A stretch of DNA of 64,000 bases. Source: Diplonema japonicum. Its lineage: Eukaryota; Protista; Euglenozoa: Diplonemea. The position numbers were made by a program, and so were the translations under genes. Below, one piece after another: positions 23,309 to 34,320 of the stretch. Under the pieces are notes generated by a model. It saw only the letters and a program-made list of their open reading frames with translations. It had not been told where the DNA came from and ran no database searches. The stretch lies in NCBI GenBank assembly GCA_964019335.1, contig OZ025706.1, positions 248,001 through 312,000 on the forward strand, read 5' to 3'. How positions within the stretch are numbered: the stretch's first letter is position 1; each line of letters opens with the position of its first letter.

Positions 23309-24382
23309 CAATTTAACTTTTTTTTTTACATACCTCGTCCAGAACCCGTTGCTTTTCCGCATGTATTTTTGCAGCCTCCTCGGCAGCCCTCTTGCTCGCT
23401 GTCAAGGGGTCGGCCTTATCAAGAAGTTCTTGTGGGATTTCTTTGTGCGCAGCGCTGAGAGTGATGACGTCGATGAGAGCCTGCACGTGTTCGGGCAGCA
23501 TCACTTCAGGAAGCGATGGTTTGGCTGGGGGTGCAGAGACGACGGTGGGTTGTTCCTGTGTCCGCTGTTCAGCAGCGTCGGATTCGGTAAACCTTTCAGA
23601 GCATTTTTTCGGCAGCTTGTCCTCGGCAGTGTTGGGCTCCAAATCTCGTTCAAGCAATCGCTTCAACGGGAAAAACGAAACAGCTAGAAACCTTCCATCG
23701 AATACCCGAAGGTGGAGCGCCTGCTTGGCCTGCACTGCCTCTTCCTTACTGCTAAATCTTATAAACACACGCACGCTTTCCTCATCTGGCAGCGACAGGT
23801 CCGCTGCTTCATGTGCTGTGGCGTGAACAACGTTCCCGTGATTTTGCATTTCCGAAATAACATCTTCTTTGATCTCATCGCTCAGCTCGCCTCTCCCTAC
23901 AAGGTTTCTGATCAATATGCACTCAGATGCCTTAGCGTTCTCTTTGAGCTGGTTGCGCTTTTGAGTTTTTTTCTTCCTGTCCGCCTTCTCTCTTTCCAAT
24001 GCTTTTACGACCGATCGCTCCATGATCACCCGAATTTGTGTCACCGACATACGCTGGAAATGGGTCACATCTAAAGCCTTTCTTGTATAGACGGGTATAA
24101 TTTGAGTCCATTTTTGCTGGGCTTTCGGATTATCTTTAAATGCTTCAGGCGGCTGTGTTTGTATGTATATTTGTTTTGTGTACATACCTTTTCCAATTCT
24201 TCTGCTGAAAAATTTAGTTTTCTGCCTGTTGATGAATACACCACTAAACTCGTCGGTTTGATCGCGGGGTCCTCTTTTCCCAAGATTGCCAGGGGTACCC
24301 CCGCCGATGTTGCTCCAGCTTTTTTGTTAGCCATGGCGGCCATGACCGCCGCCACCGCACGTTCTTGGTCGCTTTGATTCAT
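23108..24382 (-). CDS. SPF45/PUF60-type UHM (RRM) splicing factor
   Basis: 'ILIRNLVGRGE..EDVISEMQNHGNV..EESVRVFIRFSSKEEAVQAKQALHLRVFDGRFL' matches the SPF45 UHM. Introns 24153-24187, 23272-23333, 23183-23220. Confidence 0.8.
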
Positions 24383-24613
24383 TGTGTGTTTTTTTTTTTT
24401 TTTTTTTTTTATATATAATTTATTTTTTTTAAAAAGGTTTTTGTTTCTTCTTATTGCGTTCTTCGGACCCTCTTGTTCCTCTTTTTTTTTTTTAAACTGT
24501 CGATTTGTTATTTATGCGCCTCGGCTTGGTAACATATTTTTTTTTTTTATATATTTTTTTCTTTCCTGTGGGACGTGTGTTGGGTTTGTCGGGAAAAAAA
24601 AAAAAAAAAAAAA

Positions 24614-24653
24614 ACTCAAAGTACAGGACAAGCCCCCGCTAGAGGGCCGCCCT
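24614..24653. repeat. Dispersed repeat E (other copy 56631-56671)
   Basis: ACTCAAAGTRCAGGACAA.CCCCC...GAGGGCCGCCCT shared. Confidence 0.8.
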
Positions 24654-25295
24654 ATGGAAAAGAAGAAAGTTAAGTAGCTCCTGTACAGGGAGCCGTGAGA
24701 AGTAATCGTATTGAGTAGAAGAAGAAAATATAAAAAAAGGCGATGTTTAGGGGCAAATCCCAAATGAAGACTACCCCTTAAAACCAAAACCCGAAAACCC
24801 TTTTCCAATGTTCTCTTAAAGGAGGTGGGTTTTAAATTAGATAGAAAGGAAGGAAAAAAAAAAAAGGAAAAGAGGAGGAGGGGGAAGACCACTCCTCAAT
24901 CTAGCGCTTGTTTTTTTTTTTTTTTTTTTTTTTTTTTATAGCGCAATTAGCTAATATACTAATATCGTGGCTTCGGGAGTTAATCCCAAAAGGGATAAGC
25001 TTTAAAAAAAAAAAAAAAAAAAAAAAACCTAACTGAACCGAGTAGTCGAAGGGCGCTTTTTTTCCTTATTTGTAATCAAAAAAAAAAAAGAGCAAGAGGC
25101 GAATTGAGGAAGAAAGAAAGAACGAAAAAAAAAAAAAAAAAACCTGCAACGAAAAAATGCCGAGATTTTAGCTTCGGGGGGGTTCAAAGTTAAAAATTCC
25201 GACCAAAATTCTTAAGGGAAAAAGAAAAAAGAAAAAAAAAAAAAGTGATTCCAGAAAGGTATTTCTACTTTTTTTTTTTTTTTTCCCCTCCCCCT

Positions 25296-26228
25296 TTACA
25301 GGACTGGCACAGGCGGGGGAGGGAATTGACAAGGAAGCAACATTCCACAAAGGTAGCACTGCACACACACAACAGAGCAGCGCCCCCTCCATGGCTGGCA
25401 CTGCCAAGGCTTCCCTGTCTCAAAGAGCATGTAATCGAGAAGCAGAACAGAGGAGAGAAGAACCGCTTTTTGCTGAGGCGAGAGAGATGTGTCTGAAAAT
25501 CTCACGAAGAAAAAATCAGCCGTGGTCATTAGCTTCTTGACCGCTTGAGATGTTGTAGTTGCTTTTCGTTTCTTGACTATTCCTACGTCAGCTTCCTTAC
25601 CTCGTTTGTTGGATAAATATAAATACTGATTGCAGCACAGTTTGCTGACACCGCCGAAGCAGCAACGATGTCCCTCGATAACTGAGAATGGAATTTCTTG
25701 TTCGTTTTCTGTAAATACTTCTATTGTTGGAACGAACACACCCCCCCATTTGGGTTGTTTTGAGTAACCCAGTAATTTTCCATTTAACGTATCAACACCT
25801 TGGAAAACAAATGCTTGTTGTCTACACGAATCGGAGACCGCAGGACATTTGTCGCACCGAAAAGGACGGGCTGTTGTCATTACCTGTTCGTTGGTAATGG
25901 GGTCAGACCATTCAAGAAGCAGTGGGTGGCGAGGTGAGCAGAACATCCTGCAGCATAAAGAGCTTTTCTCCCGCACATCGAGTAGCTTCCCACCGTTTTC
26001 CGTGTCATACACCGAGAATCTACTTTCTTGAAACATACATGCTCCAAAGAAGTTCGAGACAATATCCAGCTTGTTCATCCTCTGCTTGATGACGAAGCTG
26101 TTCGTCGTCTGCATTATCTTTTCGGGCGACCCCGCTGTTTTTTCGAGCTTCTCGAGTTTGCAGTAGCTGCTTCGGCACGAGGAGTACCCCGGCTGTGAAT
26201 ACGCCATGGGGATGAGAATTTCCGCCAT
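25296..26228 (-). CDS. Phospholipid scramblase paralog 1
   Basis: 'EKSSLCCRMFCSPRHP', 'RPFRC', 'TTADFFFVRF..QKAVLLSSVLLLDYMLFE'. Confidence 0.9.
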   Translation of the reverse strand: MAEILIPMAYSQPGYSSCRSSYCKLEKLEKTAGSPEKIMQTTNSFVIKQRMNKLDIVSNFFGACMFQESRFSVYDTENGGKLLDVREKSSLCCRMFCSPRHPLLLEWSDPITNEQVMTTARPFRCDKCPAVSDSCRQQAFVFQGVDTLNGKLLGYSKQPKWGGVFVPTIEVFTENEQEIPFSVIEGHRCCFGGVSKLCCNQYLYLSNKRGKEADVGIVKKRKATTTSQAVKKLMTTADFFFVRFSDTSLSPQQKAVLLSSVLLLDYMLFETGKPWQCQPWRGRCSVVCVQCYLCGMLLPCQFPPPPVPVL

Positions 26229-26300
26229 TTTCTTTTTTTTTTTTTTTTTTTTAAATTCCCCACAAGGGTCTGTGTGTTTTGTGATTTGGGAGGAATTTAA

Positions 26301-28102
26301 CCACTAAAGGACCGGGGGTTTTGGCGAAAAAAGTGCCAAGGACCGTCTATTTACGAACCCGGGAAAAAAAAAAAATGCGAGAGTTTAACCATAGGAAAGT
26401 ACACTATACCCTTTAAAAAGCACGTGACCCAGGGGGTAAAAAAAACAGTTTATTTTTCATGCAGGGGGGCTTACTTAGTGTTCATACGGGGTCGGGAGAG
26501 GAAATATACGACAAAGTACTGAGCATCACGAGCGACCTTGCTCAACCCACTCGAGGGAGCCTCCCCCACTTTTTTTTTTCCCCACAGATGTCGATTTTCT
26601 TCCAACATTGGGTCCTGGCGGACGCTGGAGCCTTTGAGGATTTTTTTTTCAAGCGTCCCCAGAATTGTCGGTATTTTACCATGTCAGGGTAGTCATTTTT
26701 TGTATGAAAAATCTCAAAGCACTCAGGGCACAGGGCATCATTGCACGTTTTGCAGGTGTAAAATTGTTTTTTTTTTATTTTTGGCACAGCCTTGAGGTGA
26801 ATTTCATACTATAGGCAAAGTCGTAGAGATTAAAGGCAAAATTATAGGCAAAGCCGAAAAGGTTAACACGGGTTTAGTACGGCCGTGCCACGAGAGGAAC
26901 CGGATGCTGTCCGAACTCTGCCGCATGACTCTGTCATGGCGTGAGATTTGTTTGCTGACCTCCTTTTTCGTTTTTCTGCCCACTGTCGTCTTCCGGAGTT
27001 GAACCGTGCCCATGGGGTTGTATTTTTCTGTTGCGCTGAACCTCCGATAGCATGCATACCCATACTCAAAAGAGAGCAGAAGAGCTGGTAATTAGAATAA
27101 AGATTATCCATCGCAACCCAGTGACCACGATGCTCGAACTGTCGCAGAAGACATGGTACCGTGTCCTCCGGGTCCCCACCAGGGTAAATTCTAATGTTAA
27201 GCGCGCACCCTGTGCATGAATGTGGCGGGGCACACCTTAAAGCCATAGCGCTTGCGTTTAGCTGGTCGAAAAACGCTGTGCTTAAGGCGGGAGAAGGAGC
27301 GAATCAATGCTCAGCCCTTGACCGGGGGTGGTATGCAGCTTTCCAGCTGGGGGAGTCCGGGAATGCAGCATCTCCACTTTTGATACGTTGCCCTGTGAGC
27401 CAAAGTGGACACAACAAGAAGATATGGAGAAATGTGGCGCGGCCCAGGACACAGCCTATGTAAGGCGTTGCAATTTCTTCCTTTGTAGACCAGCAGTCCT
27501 TGACGCCCGCCCTGCAGACTTCGTCCATCAAGGCGGGCAGAACCCAGACGGCGATCCAGGTGTTCAGTTGTACCACGTCTGCGTCGAATGTGGTGCCCTT
27601 GGATGTGGTGCCCTTGAATGTGGTGCCCTTGGATGTGGTGCCCTTGGATGTGGTGCCCTTGGATGTGGTGCCCTTGAATGTGGTGCCCTTGAATGTGGTG
27701 CCCTTGGATGTGGTGCCCTTGGATGTGGTGCCCTTGGATGTGGTGCCCTTGGATGTGTCGATGTTGCTGGACCCCTGTACCATGTCACTTCCTGGCCGGT
27801 ATACGGTTGATATTTGTCCCCCAGCGCACACCACCCTCATCTGAGGTGGTGCTGGAGTTGGAAGAAGCACTTCCCAAGGTCCTGAGGAGCTGCTCTCAAA
27901 TAATAAGTACAAAAGGACACCAAGCAACCCCCTTGGGGACGGGTTTTTGTGTTTATTCTTCGCGCAAAAGGGTATTTCAAATAAAAAAAAATCACGGAAC
28001 AATGGGTCTTAGTAAAGTCCAGGGGCTGTGTGGCACAAAAAGTGTCACATAGAAAAGATAATTTTTCTTAAGGGCACATATGTCCTCATGGTCCTTTAGT
28101 GG
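26301..28102 (-). mobile_element. piggyBac DNA transposon, internally deleted and non-autonomous
   Basis: TTAA(26297-26300)-CCACTAAAGGACC ... GGTCCTTTAGTGG-TTAA(28103-28106). Frameshifted transposase pieces: 'PGQGLSID', 'GHWVAMDNLYSNYQLF..L..MGMHAIG', 'LSWHGRTKPVLTFS' and C-terminal 'CKTCNDALCPECFEIFH'. Confidence 0.93.
27586..27757. repeat. 15-bp minisatellite x11 (GRATGTGGTGCCCTT) inside the piggyBac
   Basis: Directly visible tandem units, in frame with the transposase remnant as (S/F)KGTT x11. Confidence 0.97.
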
Positions 28103-28204
28103 TTAAAAAAAAAAAAAAAAAAGTTAAGGAAAGCCCGTGTTGGTGGTGCTCTGTTGAAACAAACAGAAAAAAAAAAAAGAAAAAAAAAAGGAGAAAGAAA
28201 AGGG

Positions 28205-28308
28205 TTTGTTTGTGCGCACGAGCGGTGTTTTTACCTGGTAAAAATAGCTCATTATGCTGCAATTAACTAGTTTTCAGGTCTTAACAATAACATTGTTAAA
28301 ACAAAAAA
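28205..28308. repeat. Dispersed repeat F (other copy 48368-48470)
   Basis: TTTGTTTGYGCGCACGAGCGG...AAAATAGCTCATTAYGCTGC...AACTAGTTTT...ACAATAAYATTGYTAAAAC shared. Confidence 0.9.
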
Positions 28309-29250
28309 CAAAACAAAAAGGGCGGGGGGGGGGGGGGGGGGGGGAGGGAGAGAGAGAGAGAGAGAGAGGAATAAAACAAGAAAGAGAGGAGAGAGAGAGA
28401 AAGAAGATATTGGCGTAAAAATGAATACTTCACGGCCTTCCCCTTCCTCCTTATCCAAAGGTAAGTACCTTACAAATCAGAATCCGATTTTGGTTTATCT
28501 GCTTTGCTACGTTAAGATTGATTGCTAGTTTTTTGTTCTTTTTTTTTATATATCTGACCCACCAACAATAATAAAAAAAAGAGGGAAACTCGATTTTAGT
28601 AAAGAAAGAAAAAAATAAGAATACACGGGAAGAAGAGAAAACGAAAGGGACAGTGTGCTGTTCGTTACTTGTATTCTCCCTTTTTCTCCATCCCTCTATC
28701 CCTCCATTCCACATTTGTTTTGGGCTTCTTATAACATTTTCTTTTTGTTACAGAATCTATCAAAAAGAAAAGAAAATGGAACGAAAGAAGCTGTCAAAAC
28801 AAAACAAAAGGGGAGTTGAAGGAAACGAAGGAAACAGAGAGGAGAGTGGGGGGGGGGGGGGGGGGGGGGGACATTGCTCTTCTTTCTTTTTTTTTTCTTT
28901 CCCCGAGAGATACCAAAAAAAAAAAAAAAAGAAGGAAAAAAAAAACATATTCTCGTTTATTTTTTTTCCCGAAGAGAGCCACGTTTGAAAAAAAAATTTT
29001 TTTTTCAGAGATAAAAAAAAAAAGAAAGTTGTGGGGGAAGCTAGTTGACAAATGCGGCAAAACTCAAAAATGCACACATTCGCCCAAACAGAAAAAAAAA
29101 AGGGTGTAAAGGTATTTTTTTTTTTTTTTGTGCGTTAAAACGTGTTACAAACAACCTAAAAAAAAACCCCTAATATATCCTGCTTGAATTGAGCGAAAAA
29201 AAAAAAAAAAAATCACTCCTTCCTTTTTTTTTTTTTTTTTTTTTTTTTCC

Positions 29251-30189
29251 TTACGACCCCATGTAATTAACACCTGCTTGGATGGGGAACAACATCCCGC
29301 AGAGGTAACACTGGGCACACACAACGGAGCACTTGCCCCTCCACGGCTGGAACTGCCAGGGCTTCCCTGTCTCGAAGAACATGTAATCGAGAAGCAGAAC
29401 AGAGGAGAGAAGCACAGCCTTCTGCTGAGGCGAGAGAGATGGGTCTATGAAACTGATTGAGAATAAATCAGCATCTGTCATGACATCCTTGATGACCTGC
29501 GAGGTAGTCTCGGGTTTCTCCCGTTGTATATGGGCAACGTTCGCCATCTTCCCAGCAGTCACCGACACAGGGAATTGTTGCTCACAACACAGTTTTGTGA
29601 AACCTCCAAAACAGCATTTTGGGCCTTCGATAACAGAGAAAGGATTTTCAAGCCCATCGTTCATAAAGACTTCTACAGTAGGAACGACACCACCGCCCCA
29701 TTTTGGCTGTTTTGAGTATCCTATCATCTTTCCATCTGTATCTGGTCCGTTGTACAGGTGGGCTTGCTGGCGGCACCTATCGAACACTGCAGGGCAAATA
29801 TTCATTCGTAGCGGACGGTCAGTGGTCATGATGTGATCCCCTGTTTCAGGGTCGCTCCACTCTAGCTGCAGTTTGTGCTTTGGGGTGCACAGTATTCTGC
29901 AGCATAATGAGCTTTTCTCCTTCACCATCAGAACCTTCCCCCCGTGGCTGTTATATATAGAGTACTCGTTCTCCTGGCACATGCAGTTGCTTATAAAAGC
30001 GGCTGCAACGTCTAGCCTGTTCACTTTTTCGGAGATTATCAGTTTTCTGCTCTCGGCGATCGCTTGCATCGAGTTCCTCCCCATCTCCTCAACCAGCGGT
30101 GTCGCGTTGCGCAGCCCCGTGTCGTACCCTGGCTGGGCGACAGCGGCGTTTCCGTAGAGCAGGGCTCCCTTTTCTGATTTTACTCCCAT
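29251..30189 (-). CDS. Phospholipid scramblase paralog 2
   Basis: 'KEKSSLCCRILCTPKH', 'MTDADLFSISF..QKAVLLSSVLLLDYMFFE'; ATG at 30189 follows an A tract. Confidence 0.9.
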   Translation of the reverse strand: MGVKSEKGALLYGNAAVAQPGYDTGLRNATPLVEEMGRNSMQAIAESRKLIISEKVNRLDVAAAFISNCMCQENEYSIYNSHGGKVLMVKEKSSLCCRILCTPKHKLQLEWSDPETGDHIMTTDRPLRMNICPAVFDRCRQQAHLYNGPDTDGKMIGYSKQPKWGGGVVPTVEVFMNDGLENPFSVIEGPKCCFGGFTKLCCEQQFPVSVTAGKMANVAHIQREKPETTSQVIKDVMTDADLFSISFIDPSLSPQQKAVLLSSVLLLDYMFFETGKPWQFQPWRGKCSVVCAQCYLCGMLFPIQAGVNYMGS

Positions 30190-30969
30190 TTTTTTTTTTT
30201 CTTTTTTTGCCCTGTGGAGAATTTCGGGTAAAAAAAGGTAATTCAATGTAACAGCGGAGAGACTCGCCTTTGTCGTGCAAAGGGAAGAACATAAAATTTT
30301 AGAAAAAGGGGAAAAAAAAAAAAAGAAAAAAGTGAGATAGTAAAAGAACCAGGAGGGAGGGAGGGAGGGAGAGAGAAAGAGAGGGTTAGGTACTCAACTT
30401 AAAACCCGCCACTTTTAACATTTTTTGTGCCAATCTCTCGCTTTGACTCGCTTTAAAGGGGAGGTGCCTCACACACCTGAGAACAAAAGAAGACATCTTG
30501 GTCTCGCTGCCCCAGTAAACAAAAGAAAAAGAGGGAAAACATACATATACTAAACAAGAGTAAGTGCTGGTTAGGCATCTACCGTTGTTGGGTGCCATGC
30601 CACTCAATGGTAATGAGATAAAAAGCTACCTTTCCAACAAGAAAGGCAAAAGAAAAATATCGAATAACAGATGTGAGAAGAAACATGAAATAAACAAGAA
30701 TATATTGATCCGGTGTACCCTCATTTTCTTTCTTAATTTAAAACAAGAGAGAAATAAATTCACGACCGCCCACTACAGTGGGAATGCCTACCTTCGTTTA
30801 AAATTGTGGTTGTAAAGAAGAAAAAAAAGGGGATCACGAGAGAAACAAACAATAGAAAGAAAACATGAGTTCAAGGGTTCTTGTGGACACCCTATTTGAA
30901 CAAAATGATTTAGAAAAAAAAGGGGGGGTGCAATTTTGTTTATTAGCTTTCTAATAAAGGAAGAGGTGA

Positions 30970-31722
30970 TCAAAATTCTTTTGCAGGGCAGTGCCCGACA
31001 GCACCTTCCTGCTGAGGTTTCTGCGGGTAAAGGATGTACTGTGGCGGGGCAACAGCCTCTGGAACAGTACCGTAAACGGGTTTCTGTCCCGCCTCCCCAG
31101 CAATGGTCTGCCTGGCACCGCAGCAGTTGCAGCTGCAACAGTCGAAGGAGGAAGAACAGCATCTGGGAAAGGAACGCATGGACATGAGTGCGATGGTTGC
31201 TTGGAGGGCGCTGGCGGCGACGATGCAGCCGAAGGACCAGTACAGATCGAAGCCGTCGGAAAGGCGAACGAAGGAGACATCGTTGTTCTTAGGAATGTTG
31301 AAGTAGCAGGTCACCTTGCGTGTGTAGAGGGTCGCCATCAGGATCCATGTCACCCCAGCGAAGAGAGCCCCGCAGACGTGTGCCCACAACGTCACCCGCC
31401 TGTGCTCCTGCTCCTTCTGCTTCATCTCTGCCACACTCGCCACCATCGCCACTGTCAGAGGAAGCATCGCAAGGCACGCAAACACCTGAAGAACGTCGAA
31501 GTGCACCACAATGCTGTCGCTGTAGCAGAGGCTCCCAGGAACCCAGGCAGTCATCAACAAGGCCTTCAGCCCCGACTTGCAGGCAGGGTCCGCAGTGAAG
31601 ATCCCCATGTTGCAGTGGTCAAGAAGGTGCTTGGAGCTCAGGTACCCATGCTGCAGGATCGAAGCGAAGTACATCACCCACGACAGGAGCGACAGGCAGG
31701 CGAGGAACTGGGTCTTGGCCAT
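30970..31722 (-). CDS. Amastin/claudin-like four-TM surface protein
   Basis: Four hydrophobic segments, Cys-containing loops, 'F..LQVFACLAM', 'TWILMATLY..C', 'GFDLYWSFG'; Cys-rich tail. Confidence 0.7.
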   Translation of the reverse strand: MAKTQFLACLSLLSWVMYFASILQHGYLSSKHLLDHCNMGIFTADPACKSGLKALLMTAWVPGSLCYSDSIVVHFDVLQVFACLAMLPLTVAMVASVAEMKQKEQEHRRVTLWAHVCGALFAGVTWILMATLYTRKVTCYFNIPKNNDVSFVRLSDGFDLYWSFGCIVAASALQATIALMSMRSFPRCCSSSFDCCSCNCCGARQTIAGEAGQKPVYGTVPEAVAPPQYILYPQKPQQEGAVGHCPAKEF

Positions 31723-32250
31723 TTTTTTTTTTTTTTTTTGAAGGGCGTGGAACCTTTGGATTGGTGAGATGAGCCTTGATGCCGCAAAAGTAGTATATAG
31801 TTACCCAATGAACATATATCCGCAAACCCGCATGTACACAGCCTTTCTTGTGAACACATGCAAAAGGAGGCTTTGACACTTTGACTTTTTTTTTGTCCCT
31901 TCTTTTTTAGGGAACGTGACGTTATAGCCCAATACACCTCCCTCGTTAGTTTGTGCGCACAAGAGCTATTTCACCTACCCAGTTTTTAGTCTCTTTGTGC
32001 GTACGGGCGGAAAAAAAGGGATGGGGAGAGAGAAAAAAAAAGAGATGAGACAGAAGAGGTAAAAAGAATTTTTTTTAAAAAAAGAGGTATCGTTGGTAAA
32101 GGAGCTATTGTAAAAATTTAAAAAAAAAGAAGGGAAAAAAAAAAAAAAAAAAAAAAAAAAAGGTTGACGGAATGATGCAACGTCGGAAGGGTAGTGGAAA
32201 ATCATTGTTTGTCATTTGGTGCTGACGAAAAAGAAAAAAAAAGAAAAAAA

Positions 32251-32574
32251 ATGGGGCTTTGATTGCAACACTAGGTGGCGTTAAGCGTGCAATGAAGCAC
32301 GAACTACCTACTTGATTACAGGGGGCGCTCCCCGGCCGAGTTGTAGCTTCTTTTGCGTTCCGCGTCGTGTCCTTAATGCGTGCGGTGTGCTCAACCCTAG
32401 CCGGGGCGTCCCGGGTAACCAAGATTCTGCGCTCGTGCAGTTTGCTGCCTGTTCGTCACCCTGAGCATCTGCGTTACGTTCTTCCACTCGGGCGCTACCG
32501 GTGATGACCGACGAGGAGGTCAACAGCGAACAACACATCTGATGTACTTCTTATATTTCCATGTTATCCCCACC
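32251..32574. repeat. Composite dispersed repeat A+B
   Basis: 32251-32292 equals repeat A; 32362-32574 aligns with 36283-36460. Confidence 0.9.
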
Positions 32575-32877
32575 AAAAAAAGAAGAAGAAAAAAGATGCG
32601 GTACGAATGGGGAAAAGCGAGAGAAAAGGGAAAGAGGGAGGGGGGAATTATTTGGCGATTTTCGTTTCGTTTCGTTCTTTACTTCAAACTCGGATGAGAT
32701 ATTTACGAGGAAATATTTTAAAAAAAAAAGGGGGGCGGGAGGAGAAGAATGCAGCGCAGAAAGAAAAACCCATTTTTTAACCTTTTAAGAGGAGCTGATA
32801 AATCAGCCTGGTGCCAAAATGTCTAACCTCTGACGATTTGATGGTCCGAAGACGATTGTCTCCTCTCCATGTAAGGA

Positions 32878-32923
<46 letters not shown>

Positions 32924-32929
32924 AGACAT

Positions 32930-33753
32930 TTAAGGGTACCTGCGGTATGTGGCAGGACGCCTGAAGAGTCTCAATCTATCTCTTGATCGAACCTTTCTGC
33001 TGTGGTGAGCTTCTTCACGACCCATCCCTGCATCCTGCAGTCGTCGATGATGTCGCACTGGTGCTCGCAGTGCCCGGCCCCCTCGATAACAAATTTCCTC
33101 CCCACCTGGTCCTCCAGGCAGGAAAACAGCGCCAAGGGACTGTGTCACCACGTGTCGAGCAGTGCCTGGTGGGAGCATGATCGCCAGGCCGATGGGAGTG
33201 ACCGTGAGGGCTACGCGGAAGCTAGAAGAGGTCCCGGTGAAGGTACGGGGAACATCCCGCGGATGGATCGAATCTTTGAGCTGGATGACTTCCAATCGCT
33301 CTTCGGGGAGTGCGTGTGTCCAATACACATCGTTGTCTCCGCTGCCGCTGAGGAGGCGGGCGGCGTGTTGCCAGTCCACGCGCACCCTTGCCGTCGCACG
33401 CTGTGCCGTCCTCTCCACCCGCCAGACGTTGCTCCTCACGACCTCGTACACCCCCTGCTTGTCCCTTGCTGCTAGCATGGCCATCCTGGCTATTGCCTCC
33501 CCGTCCGACGTCTTCGCCCATTGCGCGGCGGCGCAGAACTTCTTGGCGATAATCGCCACGAGGACAACGGACCTGTTAGTCCTCGTTTGGGGCTTGTCGC
33601 CGTCGGCCATCACAGGGTCGTAGTGCTCGCCGGCAGTCCAGAGGGCCTTGATGCCTCTGCTGGTGGGGGTTGCGACTTCCCTAGCGGCCTCGAACCGGGT
33701 TTTCGAGACGACACGGTAGTCGAGCTCGATACTCGCCACCTCGCCGCCAGGAC
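32930..33753 (-). pseudogene. Frameshifted GC-rich coding relic, possibly the N-terminal part of a non-LTR retroelement ORF with an OTU-like motif
   Basis: No clean ATG; 'LWTAGEHYDPV' resembles the OTU His loop; 'LLSGSGDNDVYW'; another frame near 33120 continues as 'EDQVGRKFVIEG..GWVV'. Confidence 0.4.
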
Positions 33754-34203
33754 TGCAGAAAAAAAAAAAAAAAAAACTCACATGCCTATAATAAAAAAAA
33801 ATCTTTTTTTGATCTTTTAACGTCAAGGTGACAAATCGAACAACGCTCCAAGTGTACCATAAAGTACAAGGGGTGGGGGTTTTTGTTGTCAACCGACACA
33901 CTGGAGTGGGTTCTAACCTGTGGGGCATCACCTCTCAGACGTGCCTGGTCCCCGTTTTCTCGCGGTAGGAGGAGAAAAAAAAAAGGAGCGCAAACTGCAC
34001 AAAAATACCGCATATTTTGCAAAATAAAAATTCGATAAGGTTTTAGTGTGCAGGAGTGTGCTCACTGGAGGGGGGGGGGGGGGGGGGGGGAAGGGAAGAA
34101 ATCACAAAAAAAAAAGAGGAACTGGCCGTTGTTTGTACGTGCCGGTCCAAACACATTGTCAACGTTCCCCTTTTTGTTTAGACAAGTCAAAGACTCGTTT
34201 CTT

Positions 34204-34236
<33 letters not shown>

Positions 34237-34320
34237 AAAACACACAAATGTCCAGTAGAAAACATAAAGAAAGAAGAGATCAAGAAATGAAAGGGGGAGG
34301 GGGGGGGGGAGAAATGGTGT

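Noticed and set aside
1-24382. Apparent functional cluster of RNA-processing genes (BRR2, PUF, DED1, CCCH, PPR, SPF45)
   Set aside because: They are interleaved with unrelated genes, these families are large in Euglenozoa, and there is no evidence of co-regulation.
28323-28870. Long G runs as G-quadruplex regulators
   Set aside because: G and C homopolymers occur throughout the spacers alongside A and T runs; nothing singles these out, and their lengths are error-prone.
32829-32856. Hammerhead-like CTGACGA...CGAA
   Set aside because: GAAA core and flanking stems are missing.
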